Of a stretch of DNA of 64,000 bases, positions 38,904 through 48,524 are shown one piece after another. The stretch spans positions 3,776,001-3,840,000 of the forward strand of contig CBDCKW010000009.1 of the NCBI GenBank assembly GCA_965218435.1, in the 5' to 3' direction. The position numbers were made by a program, and so were the translations under genes. The notes beneath the pieces are model-generated. The model was not told the origin of the DNA, did not search any database, and saw nothing but the letters and a program-made list of their open reading frames with translations. How positions within the stretch are numbered: position 1 is the stretch's first letter; each line of letters starts with the position of its first letter. This stretch comes from Truepera sp. (GTDB lineage: Bacteria; Deinococcota; Deinococci; Deinococcales; Trueperaceae).

Positions 38904-41432
38904 ATGGACGTAAAAGATGGTGACGTCAAAACCGAAGAAAACCAAAGCCACGCCGAAGCTCACGGTGAGCCCGACCACTACGAGGTCAAAAAAGACGTAG
39001 AACACGTGGCGAATGAGCAGCCTGACGGTAAAACGACCCGTGAAGAAGACGGCATTTTTGCTCAGCCCCCGCCCGAGTTTACCGGTCTTAAATTAGGAAA
39101 GCGCAAGACGACCGCTGCCGGATTGCCTGCCGTGATGTCAAGCATGGAGTACGCGCTGCGCGAAACCGGCCCGATTCGCGGCGCAAAACTGCTCCTAGAC
39201 ATGAACCAAAAAGACGGTTTCGACTGCACCTCGTGCGCGTGGCCCGACCCGGACGAAGAACGTTCGGTGGCTGAGTTTTGCGAAAACGGTGCAAAGGCTG
39301 TGTTAGACGAAGGCACCCGCCACCGCGTCACCCCCGAGTTTTTCAAGAAGCACTCGGTTGCTGAGCTTTCAGAACGTTCGGACTACTGGCTCAACCATCA
39401 GGGCCGCATCACCGAACCGCTGATTTTACGTGAAGGGGCGACCCATTACGAACCGATTGGTTGGACGGAAGCGTTTGCCAAACTGGGCGCAGCGTTGAAC
39501 GCCCTCTCATCACCTGATGAGGCAATCTTTTACACCTCCGGTCGAGCGAGCAACGAAGCGGCCTTTTTGTATCAACTTTTTGTCCGGCAGTACGGGACCA
39601 ACAATATGCCCGACTGCTCGAACATGTGTCACGAATCGTCCGGGACGGCGCTCTCCGAAACGCTCGGCCTCGGTAAAGGTTCGGTGACGTTGGAGGATTT
39701 CTACTACACCGACCTGTTTATCATCACCGGTCAAAACCCCGGTACCAACCACCCCCGGATGATGAGCGCCTTGGAGCGCGGCAAACGCAACGGCGCGAAA
39801 CTCATCGCCATCAATCCGCTGCCTGAAGCCGGGTTACTCAACTTCAAAAATCCGCAAGACTATCTGCACCCGACCCAAGCGTTGCGTCAAGAGACGCACT
39901 TAGCCGATCTCTTTGTCCCGGTACGCATCGGCGGTGATGTGCCGCTCCTCAAAGGCGTGATGAAAGAGCTTTTGGAAGAAGAAGACCGTCGCCCCGGCGA
40001 AGTCTTCGATCACACCTTTATCGAGCGAAACACCGAAGGTTTTGACGAATTTGTCAAAGATTTGCGTGCTGAAGACTGGGACACCATCGTCTTCGAGTCG
40101 GGGATTGGCCGGACGCAGCTCCGCGAAGTTGCCGAAATGGTCATGGCCTCGGAGCGCATCATCATCTGCTGGGCGATGGGCCTGACGCAGCACACGAACG
40201 CCGTCGGCAGCATTCAAGAGATCGTCAACTTGCTCCTCTTAAAAGGCAGCATTGGCAAACCCGGCGCGGGCACCTGCCCGGTACGCGGCCACTCGAACGT
40301 GCAGGGTGACCGGACGATGGGCGTTTGGGAACGGCCGCAAGAACCCTTTTTAGACGCGCTCCAAAAAGAGTTTAACTTCGACCCACCCCGCGAGCACGGT
40401 TACGACACGGTTGAAGCCATCAAAGCGATGCACGAGGGGAAAGCCAAGGTCTTTTTAGCACTCGGCGGCAACTTTTTGTCCGCCACGCCCGACACCGAAT
40501 ACACCGCTGAGGCGCTGCAAAACTGCACGCTGACCGCGCACATCTCAACGAAACTCAACCGGGCACACCTCGTTCACGGCAAAGAGGCGCTGATTTTACC
40601 GTGTTTAGGCCGCACTGAAGCCGACGAACAGGCGACCGGGCCGCAGTTCGTCACGGTCGAGAACTCGATGGGCGTCGTTCACGACTCGCAGGGGATACTG
40701 AAACCGGCTTCGGAGCACCTTAAAAGCGAAGTCGCGATCCTCGCCGGGGTTGCTAAAGCGACGTTAGGCGGACGTTCAAACGTCGCCTGGGACGCCATGA
40801 AAGACGATTACAACCGGATTCGGGAGCATATCTCTCACGTTATTCCAGGGTGCGAAAACTACTCGGAAAAAGTGCGCGGGGCCGGGTTTTACCTCCCCAA
40901 CGGCCCCCGCGAAGGTGTCTTTACCACCGACACCGAAAAAGCTAAGTTTACCGTCCATCCAATTCCCGAGCGGCCCTTGGAAGAGGACCAGTTCGTGATG
41001 ATGACGATTCGTACCCACGACCAGTTCAACACGGTCGTGTACGGCCTCGACGACCGCTACCGGGGCATCAAAAACGAACGCCGCGTCATCTTGATGAATC
41101 CTGAGGACATGGCTGAAGCGGGCATTGACGAAGGTGACGTGCTCGACTTGACCAGCCATTTTAACGGCGAGACACGCCTTGCCGAAAGGTTTATCGCGGT
41201 GCCGTACCCGATTCCAAACGGCTGCACCGCCACGTATTTTCCTGAAGGTAACGTCTTGGTGCCGATTGGCAGCGTGGCGGAAAAATCGAATACGCCGGTT
41301 TCTAAATACGTGGTGATTACGGTTGCACCGACGCAGTATCAGGGTAAGTTTGACCCGGCGTACCAGAAGGGTAAAAAAGCTGAAGAGACTAAAGAGCTCG
41401 AGCAGGGTCGCCCCGCGCCCGCTTACTCCTAA
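38904..41432 (+). CDS. FdhF/YdeP-family molybdopterin oxidoreductase
   Basis: GFDCTSCAWPD, EFCENGAKA, PDCSNMCHESSG, RGHSNVQG, RTHDQFNT. Confidence 0.95.
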   Translation: MDVKDGDVKTEENQSHAEAHGEPDHYEVKKDVEHVANEQPDGKTTREEDGIFAQPPPEFTGLKLGKRKTTAAGLPAVMSSMEYALRETGPIRGAKLLLDMNQKDGFDCTSCAWPDPDEERSVAEFCENGAKAVLDEGTRHRVTPEFFKKHSVAELSERSDYWLNHQGRITEPLILREGATHYEPIGWTEAFAKLGAALNALSSPDEAIFYTSGRASNEAAFLYQLFVRQYGTNNMPDCSNMCHESSGTALSETLGLGKGSVTLEDFYYTDLFIITGQNPGTNHPRMMSALERGKRNGAKLIAINPLPEAGLLNFKNPQDYLHPTQALRQETHLADLFVPVRIGGDVPLLKGVMKELLEEEDRRPGEVFDHTFIERNTEGFDEFVKDLRAEDWDTIVFESGIGRTQLREVAEMVMASERIIICWAMGLTQHTNAVGSIQEIVNLLLLKGSIGKPGAGTCPVRGHSNVQGDRTMGVWERPQEPFLDALQKEFNFDPPREHGYDTVEAIKAMHEGKAKVFLALGGNFLSATPDTEYTAEALQNCTLTAHISTKLNRAHLVHGKEALILPCLGRTEADEQATGPQFVTVENSMGVVHDSQGILKPASEHLKSEVAILAGVAKATLGGRSNVAWDAMKDDYNRIREHISHVIPGCENYSEKVRGAGFYLPNGPREGVFTTDTEKAKFTVHPIPERPLEEDQFVMMTIRTHDQFNTVVYGLDDRYRGIKNERRVILMNPEDMAEAGIDEGDVLDLTSHFNGETRLAERFIAVPYPIPNGCTATYFPEGNVLVPIGSVAEKSNTPVSKYVVITVAPTQYQGKFDPAYQKGKKAEETKELEQGRPAPAYS

Positions 41433-41457
41433 ACCGCGAATCTGAAACGGGTAAGCT

Positions 41458-41510
41458 AAACAGCAAAAGCCTGAACACAGTGCTTACACCATGTCAGGCT
41501 TTTGCTGTTT
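41458..41510. terminator. Intrinsic terminator
   Basis: AAACAGCAAAAGCCTGA...TCAGGCTTTTGCTGTTT. Confidence 0.85.
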
Positions 41511-41596
41511 TGGTATCTGGCTAGGTTGTCGCCGTCTGAACCGGGTATACTAGACGGGCTTAAACCAATTTTTAGAGGGTCTGCAAAGGAGTTTAG

Positions 41597-43009
41597 ATGT
41601 CTTTTTTGAGCCGTGACCGTTCGGTCGCCCGTCCGGGGTTTAGCCGCTGGCTGGTACCGCCTGCGGCGCTCGCCATTCACCTGTCTATCGGTCAAATCTA
41701 CGCGTACAGCGTCTTTAGTGGGCCGCTGCACCAGCTTGTGGGCGTCACTGAACCCGCGCCGGGGGACTGGAGCATTGCCACCATCGGTTGGATTTTTACG
41801 ATTGCGATTGCAGTACTTGGCGCGGCAGCAGCACTTTTTGGGAAGTGGCTCGAGCGTGTCGGCCCCCGGATGGCGATGTTCGTCTCGGCGTGTTGTTTCG
41901 GCGGCGGCTTTTTAGTTGCAGCCTACGGCGTGTCTATCCACAACATTTGGGTCGTTTATTTAGGGAACGGCGTCTTGGGCGGCATTGGGTTGGGGCTCGG
42001 CTACATCTCGCCGGTGTCAACGCTGATCAAATGGTTTCCCGACCGGCCGGGTCTCGCCACCGGCATGGCGATTATGGGCTTCGGCGGCGGCGCGATGATC
42101 GCTTCACCGCTTTCGGTGGCGCTGATGAACCGCTTTGCGACACCGACTTCTGTAGGCGTTGCGCCGACGCTCTTTACGCTCGGAATTATCTATTTCGTCT
42201 TTATGATGTTCGGTGTGTTTACCGTGCGAGTGCCGCCGGAAAACTGGAAACCTGCCGGTTACGTTGTTCCGACAACGAGCAAAAAACTCGTCACTAACGC
42301 CAACGTAGACGCCGACACTGCCGTTCGCACGCCGCAGTTCTGGCTCCTCTTTGCTGTTTTGTGCCTCAACGTCACAGCGGGTATCGGAGTGCTCGGACAA
42401 GCTTCGGTGATGATTCAGGAGATGTTTTCTGAAGCTTCAGTCGGTCAGGCGGTTGCGGTGACGGCAGCCGCGGCAGCAGGGTTTGTCGGACTCTTGAGCC
42501 TGTTTAACATGGCCGGACGCTTTTTCTGGGCGTCGGTGTCGGACTATATCGGCCGTAAAAACACCTACAGCATCTTCTTTATTCTCGGCGCAGTGCTCTA
42601 CTTTCTCGTTCCGACATTTGGCAATCAAGGGAACGTCTTTCTCTTTGTTGCCAGCTTTTGCATTATCCTGACGATGTACGGCGGCGGCTTTGCCACCATT
42701 CCGGCCTATCTTCGTGACCTCTTCGGAACGCTGCAAGTCGGCGCGATTCACGGGCGCTTGCTCCTCGCGTGGTCGGTCGCGGCGGTCGTCGGGCCGGTTT
42801 TGATCAACTATATCCGGCAAGGACAGATTAACAGCGGCGTTCCGGCGGCGCAGGCGTATTCGGTGACGATGTACATCATGGCGGCGCTGCTCGTCGTTGG
42901 GTTTGTCTGTAACCTGCTGGTTCGTCCGGTTGATTCACGTTTTCACGTTGAAGAGGCGAAAACGAGCCCTCGAGCCCCCGCTACAACCGGCAGCGTCCGC
43001 AAAGCTTAG
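41597..43009 (+). CDS. OFA-family MFS transporter (oxalate/formate antiporter-like)
   Basis: GYISPVSTLIKWFPDRPGLATG, YGGGFATIPAYL, 12 TM. Confidence 0.93.
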   Translation: MSFLSRDRSVARPGFSRWLVPPAALAIHLSIGQIYAYSVFSGPLHQLVGVTEPAPGDWSIATIGWIFTIAIAVLGAAAALFGKWLERVGPRMAMFVSACCFGGGFLVAAYGVSIHNIWVVYLGNGVLGGIGLGLGYISPVSTLIKWFPDRPGLATGMAIMGFGGGAMIASPLSVALMNRFATPTSVGVAPTLFTLGIIYFVFMMFGVFTVRVPPENWKPAGYVVPTTSKKLVTNANVDADTAVRTPQFWLLFAVLCLNVTAGIGVLGQASVMIQEMFSEASVGQAVAVTAAAAAGFVGLLSLFNMAGRFFWASVSDYIGRKNTYSIFFILGAVLYFLVPTFGNQGNVFLFVASFCIILTMYGGGFATIPAYLRDLFGTLQVGAIHGRLLLAWSVAAVVGPVLINYIRQGQINSGVPAAQAYSVTMYIMAALLVVGFVCNLLVRPVDSRFHVEEAKTSPRAPATTGSVRKA

Positions 43010-43017
43010 GAGCAGTC

Positions 43018-43185
43018 ATGGCAAAAGTAACTGTAACTAAAACGAATCAAACTGAAGCCGGTCACGAACAGGATTTTGACAGCACGCCCACCCTGCAGCT
43101 CATTATCGCCTGGGCCGTGGTAGGCGTTCCACTGCTTTACGGCGTTACTCGAGTTTTTGTCAATTCACTCGCGCTCTTTCGCTAA
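43018..43185 (+). CDS. 55-aa MFS transporter small subunit (not in ORF track)
   Basis: AGGAG SD; ...LIIAWAVVGVPLLYGVTRVFVNSLALFR, the motif typical of small partners of OFA transporters. Confidence 0.8.
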   Translation: MAKVTVTKTNQTEAGHEQDFDSTPTLQLIIAWAVVGVPLLYGVTRVFVNSLALFR

Positions 43186-43192
43186 TCTATGT

Positions 43193-43486
43193 TTAACCGT
43201 CTGCAGAGTCAACGTTGACTCTGCGGATTTTTTGTTTCCACTGTCCATTTTGTCCACCGCTCCATACATACTTCGTACCGACCTCATGCGGCGCAGCCAA
43301 TAGCGGTTGGATAAGCGTTTCCAGCGGAATGCGGTAGGCAAAACGGGTCTTTAAGTACCACAGCTCGAGCCCTATTCTCAATTTCTCCAAATCGTCCAGC
43401 GGTAAGCCCAACCGTAGCGCGTAGGTGTGCGCTTTGTTGACGGCGGCGTCAAAGAGGTCTGGCCGGGACGAGGTTAGACGAGACAA
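43193..43486 (-). CDS. Hypothetical protein
   Basis: Continues the tyrA operon; GLELWYLKTRFAYRIPL; start uncertain. Confidence 0.6.
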   Translation of the reverse strand: MSRLTSSRPDLFDAAVNKAHTYALRLGLPLDDLEKLRIGLELWYLKTRFAYRIPLETLIQPLLAAPHEVGTKYVWSGGQNGQWKQKIRRVNVDSADG

Positions 43487-43488
43487 AG

Positions 43489-44172
43489 TTACTCGAGGTC
43501 TCCTTCTGCCGGAGTCGCCGCGACAAACGCTGCCGCTTCACCGTAGAGGTGCTCAGCTGAGGCCCAGCGCACGAGTCGTAACTGCAATTTGTCGTGCTCG
43601 AGTGACGCCTCGAGCTCACTTACCGCGCAGTTGTGATGGACTGTGCGCTGAAGTAAGTCCCGGTCTAGTTCGGGGATAAGGCTTAGCAGCGGGAGCGACA
43701 AGCTGCCGCCGTGCGCGACGAGTACCAGCATTTCATCGTCTCGGCCCCGGCACATCGCTTCGTAGCCTCGGCGTACTCGGTTGACGAGTTCGTGATAGTT
43801 CTCGCCTTCTGGAAACCGCGCTTCGTAATCCCCCTCAGCCCACGCCCAGATGATGGCGTCGTGTTGTTGCCAAGTCGCTGCCGTAGGCGGTTGCGCTTCT
43901 AAAATACCGACGTTAAGTTCGCGGAAGGGCTCGAGCACCCTCACCTCGCCACCCATCTCAGCGGCGATGATCGCGGCTGTTTCTTGTGCCCGCTTTAAGG
44001 GTGAGGCAAAGACCTGCGTCACCGGATAACGTTTCAGATACGCGGCGGTCTGCTCGGCCTGAAGTCTACCTTTAGCAGTCAGCGGATAATCTACCAAACG
44101 GTGCGAAAATTCTTTCGTTAGATTGGCCTGATTTTCACCGTGCCGGACAAGTACAAACCGATTCGTGCCCAT
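43489..44172 (-). CDS. Histidine phosphatase family protein
   Basis: LVRHGE, SPLKRAQETA, VAHGG. Confidence 0.92.
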   Translation of the reverse strand: MGTNRFVLVRHGENQANLTKEFSHRLVDYPLTAKGRLQAEQTAAYLKRYPVTQVFASPLKRAQETAAIIAAEMGGEVRVLEPFRELNVGILEAQPPTAATWQQHDAIIWAWAEGDYEARFPEGENYHELVNRVRRGYEAMCRGRDDEMLVLVAHGGSLSLPLLSLIPELDRDLLQRTVHHNCAVSELEASLEHDKLQLRLVRWASAEHLYGEAAAFVAATPAEGDLE

Positions 44173-44174
44173 GT

Positions 44175-45263
44175 CTAGCCGCGCCCCCGCGCTTCATACC
44201 CCGCCGTGGTCAGCGCCTGCGTGCCGCGCCTTAAGCCCTCTTCGCTGTCAAAAGCGAGTCTAAGCGCGCCCCCCGCTTCACGGATAGATAAGACCTCGAT
44301 GTCTTTGACGTTGACCTCCGCGTCACCTAACGCCTGGGTAATCCGGGCCAGTTCGCCGGGGCGGTCGGGAACGGCGATGACGACTTCAAAGCGGGCCGGG
44401 AGGAGACTGCGTTTCACGATAGGAAAGGCGTCCCTGGCGCGTTTGGCAGCTTCGGCGCGTTCTAGCATGGCGTCGGGATGCTCGAGACACTCCTCGAGCT
44501 CCGCCAAGTATTTTCGGAAACAAGCCAGCGCACCTTTTAGCGCCGCTTTATTACCGACCACCATATCGCGGCTCATTCGGGGACTGCCCGAAGCGACGCG
44601 GGTGAGGTCACGAAAGCCGCCTGCAGCGAGGAGCATCATCAGGTCGCGGTTTTCGTCTTGGGCGGCGAGTTCGGTCAGTGCTACGGCGCTCAGGTAGGGC
44701 AGGTGACTCACGGCTGCGACGAGCCGGTCGTGTTGTTCGGGCGTGGTCGTCAGCGGTACCGCGCCGAGCTGTTCGACAAATGTTTCGACGCGCCCCAAAG
44801 CTTCAGCGTCGGTCGCGGCGTCCGGCGTCAGGACCCAGACAGCGTTTTCTAACAGGGCAGCGTCGGCGTAAAGCACGCCGCCGCGCTCACTCCCGGCCAT
44901 CGGGTGCCCACCGACGAACCGTAAATCGGCGAGGTCGGCGCACACCTCACGTTTGATGCTGCCGACGTCGGTAAAAATCGTGTCGGGGCGGGTAAACCGT
45001 GAGAGGCTGCGCGCCGACGCGGTGAGGGTGCGGGCAGGGGAGGCCAGCACCACGAGGTCGGCGTCTGCCAGCCACGGACCAAGCCGAAACTGCGCCTCGT
45101 CAATGACGCCCAGCCCACGGGCCGCCTCGAGCGTCTCCGGGTCGAAGTCAAAGCCGATGACTTTATCGGCTAAAAACCGTTGCCGGGTACCGAGCCCGAC
45201 CGAGCCGCCGATCAGCCCTACCCCAGCAATCACGACCGTGCTAAAAAGGGGTTCGGGGCGCAC
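44175..45263 (-). CDS. tyrA: Prephenate dehydrogenase with C-terminal ACT domain
   Basis: GVGLIGGS, TDVGSIK, GGHPMAGSE, SHLP, GGFRDLTRVA, PDRPGELA. Confidence 0.93.
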   Translation of the reverse strand: MRPEPLFSTVVIAGVGLIGGSVGLGTRQRFLADKVIGFDFDPETLEAARGLGVIDEAQFRLGPWLADADLVVLASPARTLTASARSLSRFTRPDTIFTDVGSIKREVCADLADLRFVGGHPMAGSERGGVLYADAALLENAVWVLTPDAATDAEALGRVETFVEQLGAVPLTTTPEQHDRLVAAVSHLPYLSAVALTELAAQDENRDLMMLLAAGGFRDLTRVASGSPRMSRDMVVGNKAALKGALACFRKYLAELEECLEHPDAMLERAEAAKRARDAFPIVKRSLLPARFEVVIAVPDRPGELARITQALGDAEVNVKDIEVLSIREAGGALRLAFDSEEGLRRGTQALTTAGYEARGRG

Positions 45264-45293
45264 GTCAGCTTAAAGGTTGTGCTTGCAGCAAGG

Positions 45294-45449
45294 TCATTCG
45301 GGTTCGTCGTCTAGGTGGTCGAGCTGCTCGAGTTCGTCGTCGAAGTCGGGAGTTTCCTCGAGGGCGTCTTCTTCCTCATGCTCAGCGTCTTCTGCAAGGT
45401 CATCTGCGTCCGTACCGTAATCTTTTGGGTTGGTGTTGGCGTCGTCCAT
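45294..45449 (-). CDS. 51-aa hyperacidic microprotein (not in ORF track)
   Basis: TAAACT-N7-ATG; MDDANTNPKDYGTDADDLAEDAEHEEEDALEETPDFDDELEQLDHLDDEPE. Confidence 0.7.
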   Translation of the reverse strand: MDDANTNPKDYGTDADDLAEDAEHEEEDALEETPDFDDELEQLDHLDDEPE

Positions 45450-45491
45450 ACCGGACAGTTTACGCCCTTTGGCTTGGGCTTCCGTAGCAGG

Positions 45492-46226
45492 CTAGACGCG
45501 GACGAGCGAGGTCTCTTCGACTGCCTGCATAAATGCGGTAAAAGGTGCGATCTGCTCACTGTACGCCTGGAAACTCATCTCCGGGTGCCACTGGACGCCG
45601 AGCACAAACGAGCCGTCGGTGTTTTGGAGGGCTTCGGTCACGCCGTCGGCGCTCCGGCCGACCACCCGTAAGCCCTGCCCGAGTTTGTCAACTGCCTGGT
45701 GATGAAATGAGTTGGTGCGGATATGCTCCTCGCCGAACGCTGCGGCTAAGACGGAACCGGGCTCGAGCGCCACCCCGTGCGAAGGACCGCCGCTGATATC
45801 AAACTGTTCGTGCTGAATCATGCCCGAAAGCGCCGGCAAATGCTGGTGCAGCGTGCCGCCTGCAGCGATGTTAATCAGCTGATGCCCACGGCAAACCCCC
45901 AAAATCGGGACGCCTTTGGCGCGAGCCGCGTGGTAGAGCGCCTGTTCAAAGCGGTCACGGGTCAGGTCAACCAGACCCAACATAGGGTGCGGTTCCGCGC
46001 CAAAAAAAGCCGGGTCAACGTCCGCCCCACCGGTCAGTATGAGTCCGTCTGCGTCTTCCAGATACGCCTCGGCGTGTTCGGGCGCTAGATTGCCGACCAT
46101 CAGCGGTAAACCGCCGAGCTGCGTGACCGCCTCGTTATAGTTGAGGCCGGTTACGGCGTCGGTGCGGCGCAGCCCAAGGGTGCGGAAGACAGATGACGTG
46201 CTGAGTAAGATACGGGCGCGTTTCAT
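45492..46226 (-). CDS. Gamma-glutamyl-GABA hydrolase family (PuuD/C26) glutamine amidotransferase
   Basis: LTGGADVDP, LGVCRGHQ, NSFHHQAV, GVQWHPE; TAGGCT-N7-ATG. Confidence 0.92.
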   Translation of the reverse strand: MKRARILLSTSSVFRTLGLRRTDAVTGLNYNEAVTQLGGLPLMVGNLAPEHAEAYLEDADGLILTGGADVDPAFFGAEPHPMLGLVDLTRDRFEQALYHAARAKGVPILGVCRGHQLINIAAGGTLHQHLPALSGMIQHEQFDISGGPSHGVALEPGSVLAAAFGEEHIRTNSFHHQAVDKLGQGLRVVGRSADGVTEALQNTDGSFVLGVQWHPEMSFQAYSEQIAPFTAFMQAVEETSLVRV

Positions 46227-46409
46227 AAGCCGTAGCCTATCACCCGGATGAAAAACCCTCATGTCTTTTTGCGTACAGCAGGGAGCGTGTGGGTCAGTTG
46301 CAGTAATAAAAAGTCGGTATTCAGCCCGTCAGTATTCAGCTCTCAGTAGCTTGCAGTCGCGTTTTTTATGCGCTCAAAACGTGATAAAAACAGGAAGTTT
46401 ATGACGGTC

Positions 46410-47609
46410 TCAGATTGTGGCAGCTTGCTCGTAACGGGGCAGGGTGACGTGAAAGGCTGCGCCCCCTTGCGGGCGGTTGTGCGCCTCGACGCGGCCGCCG
46501 TGCAGCTCGACGAGTGTGTGAACAATCGCGAGACCCAAGCCGCTACCGCCGCCCAGCCTGCTGCGGCTCGTCTCAGCGCGGTAAAACCTCTCAAAAACGT
46601 GAGCTTGCGCCTCTTTTGGTAAACCTGGCCCGGAATCTTCGACGCTCAGCTCAGCGCCGCCGGACGGCGCGGCAACTGAAACCCGAATCCAACCCCCGGC
46701 GGGGGTGTAGCGCACCGCGTTCTCGAGCAAGTTCGTCAGCACCTGCGCGAGCCGGTCGGGGTCAGCGCGGAGGGGCGCGTGCGTTGCCCCGGTGCGAAAC
46801 TCTAAGCTCAGCCCTTGCCGTCCGGCTTTTTCCCGGAAGCTGTCACACACGCGCCGCGCAATTCTAACAAGGTCGGTGTCTACCCGCTCTAACGTCAAGC
46901 GTTTGGCGTCGGCTAAAGACAGTGTGCGGAGGTCGTCAATTAACCGGGCTAAAAGTTCGGTCTGGACGCCCAGTTTACCGAGTTCGCTGCGGTCTAAGGG
47001 CACAATCCCGTCACCCATCGCGTCGAGCTGACCTTGCAAGATGGTCAGCGGGGTGCGGAGTTCGTGGGCGATGTCGGCAATCAGTGCCTGACGTTCGCGC
47101 TCGAGCTGCTCTAACGCGCCCGCCATCTTATCGAAGTGCCGGGCGAGCATCCCCGTTTCGTCGCGGCTTCCTTGGGCGTACGCTGGGAGCACCGCCCGCG
47201 CCGAGAGATCGCCTTCAGCGATACGGGCGGCGGCCTCGGCCACCGCGGTGATGGGCCGAGAGATACGCCGCGCTAAAAACAGCGCCGCAGCGACGCTCAA
47301 ACTGATAAGCACTCCGATACTGACAAAGAGAAGCCGGTCGCGCAACCGATCAAACCGCGTGCCGAGCGCCTGCACCTCTTCAAAGTTTTGCGTAAGGCCG
47401 CGAATTAACACCTCAAATTGGGGCCGGAGTGACTCGGCCGTTTCTTGCTGTTTGAGCCCGTCGCTGATGGCCACGAGTGGGTCACGCACCTCTGCCGGAA
47501 GCTGCTGAAACTGCCGCTGCGACACGTAAACTTGCAACAGGGCGAGGAGCGTCGTAAAGAGCGCAACGCCGACAATCGTCAGGGTCAGGCGGGTGGCGAG
47601 ACGGTTCAT
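46410..47609 (-). CDS. Sensor histidine kinase (BaeS-like, HAMP)
   Basis: IAHELRTPL, NLLENAVRY, DSGPG, GGSGLGLAI. Confidence 0.95.
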   Translation of the reverse strand: MNRLATRLTLTIVGVALFTTLLALLQVYVSQRQFQQLPAEVRDPLVAISDGLKQQETAESLRPQFEVLIRGLTQNFEEVQALGTRFDRLRDRLLFVSIGVLISLSVAAALFLARRISRPITAVAEAAARIAEGDLSARAVLPAYAQGSRDETGMLARHFDKMAGALEQLERERQALIADIAHELRTPLTILQGQLDAMGDGIVPLDRSELGKLGVQTELLARLIDDLRTLSLADAKRLTLERVDTDLVRIARRVCDSFREKAGRQGLSLEFRTGATHAPLRADPDRLAQVLTNLLENAVRYTPAGGWIRVSVAAPSGGAELSVEDSGPGLPKEAQAHVFERFYRAETSRSRLGGGSGLGLAIVHTLVELHGGRVEAHNRPQGGAAFHVTLPRYEQAATI

Positions 47610-47615
47610 CAACCC

Positions 47616-48293
47616 TTAATTCTCGGTACTGAGCCGGTAGCCCATCCCGCGCACCGTTTGGAGCATCTCGGCGGCGTGAGCGGCCTCGAGCTTTCTACGC
47701 AGGTTCCTTAAATGGACGTCAATCACGCGTTCTAACGCTTCGCTTTCGGGTAGAGCGGCCTCTAACAGTTCAGCGCGGGTAAAAATTCGCCCCGGCGCTC
47801 CGGCGAGGTGGTGCAAGAGTCTGAATTCGGTTGCCGTCAGCCGGAGGGCTTCGCCTTCGACCTTGACAGAGGCGCGTAAAGGGTCTAACTCGAGCGCCCC
47901 GAGCCGGAGCGGCGCAGTGCTGCTACCGGCAGGCTGCGTGCGCCGTAACACCGCCTTGATACGCGCCATCACCTCACGCGGACGAAACGGTTTGGTCACG
48001 TAATCGTCGGCACCGAGCTCGAGCGCGAGCAGCTTGTCGAGTTCTTCAGTGCGGGCAGTCAGCATAATGACAGGGGTCGTGCTTTCAGAACGAACTGTTT
48101 TAAGGACCTCGAGGCCACTCAAACCCGGTAACATCACATCGAGCAAAATCAGGTCGGGGTGGGCGCTGCGAAACAAACTGAGCGCACGCTCACCGTCACC
48201 GGCACGTTCGGTGCGGTAACCGCTGCTGCGCAAGTAACCTTCTAAAATCTCGGCAATCTGCGGTTCGTCTTCGACGACCAGGACAAGCGGCAT
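47616..48293 (-). CDS. OmpR-family response regulator (BaeR-like)
   Basis: LVVEDE, LDVMLP, GADDYVTKPF, TVRGMGY; TATACT-N7-ATG 48293. Confidence 0.95.
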   Translation of the reverse strand: MPLVLVVEDEPQIAEILEGYLRSSGYRTERAGDGERALSLFRSAHPDLILLDVMLPGLSGLEVLKTVRSESTTPVIMLTARTEELDKLLALELGADDYVTKPFRPREVMARIKAVLRRTQPAGSSTAPLRLGALELDPLRASVKVEGEALRLTATEFRLLHHLAGAPGRIFTRAELLEAALPESEALERVIDVHLRNLRRKLEAAHAAEMLQTVRGMGYRLSTEN

Positions 48294-48524
48294 AGGCTCT
48301 AGTATAAGGTCTCTATCTAGGATGTCAGCTGCAGTAGAGCTAGCTGCGACTCTGCTGGTATCGTCTGCTAAAAGCATCCCGCGACCTTACGCGGCGCATA
48401 TGAAGCCCGCGTGTAAAGTTTGCAAAGATTTTTTGCCTTTTGCGCTCAACTACTGAATTCTGTGCTCTGAATTCTCCTTTAGGTGACGCAGTAAACGTTA
48501 CCGGCTACTGTTAAAATCCAGCAC

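Noticed and set aside
38904..41432. Selenocysteine formate dehydrogenase
   Set aside because: No in-frame TGA; Cys in CHESSG and overall motifs fit the YdeP-like clade
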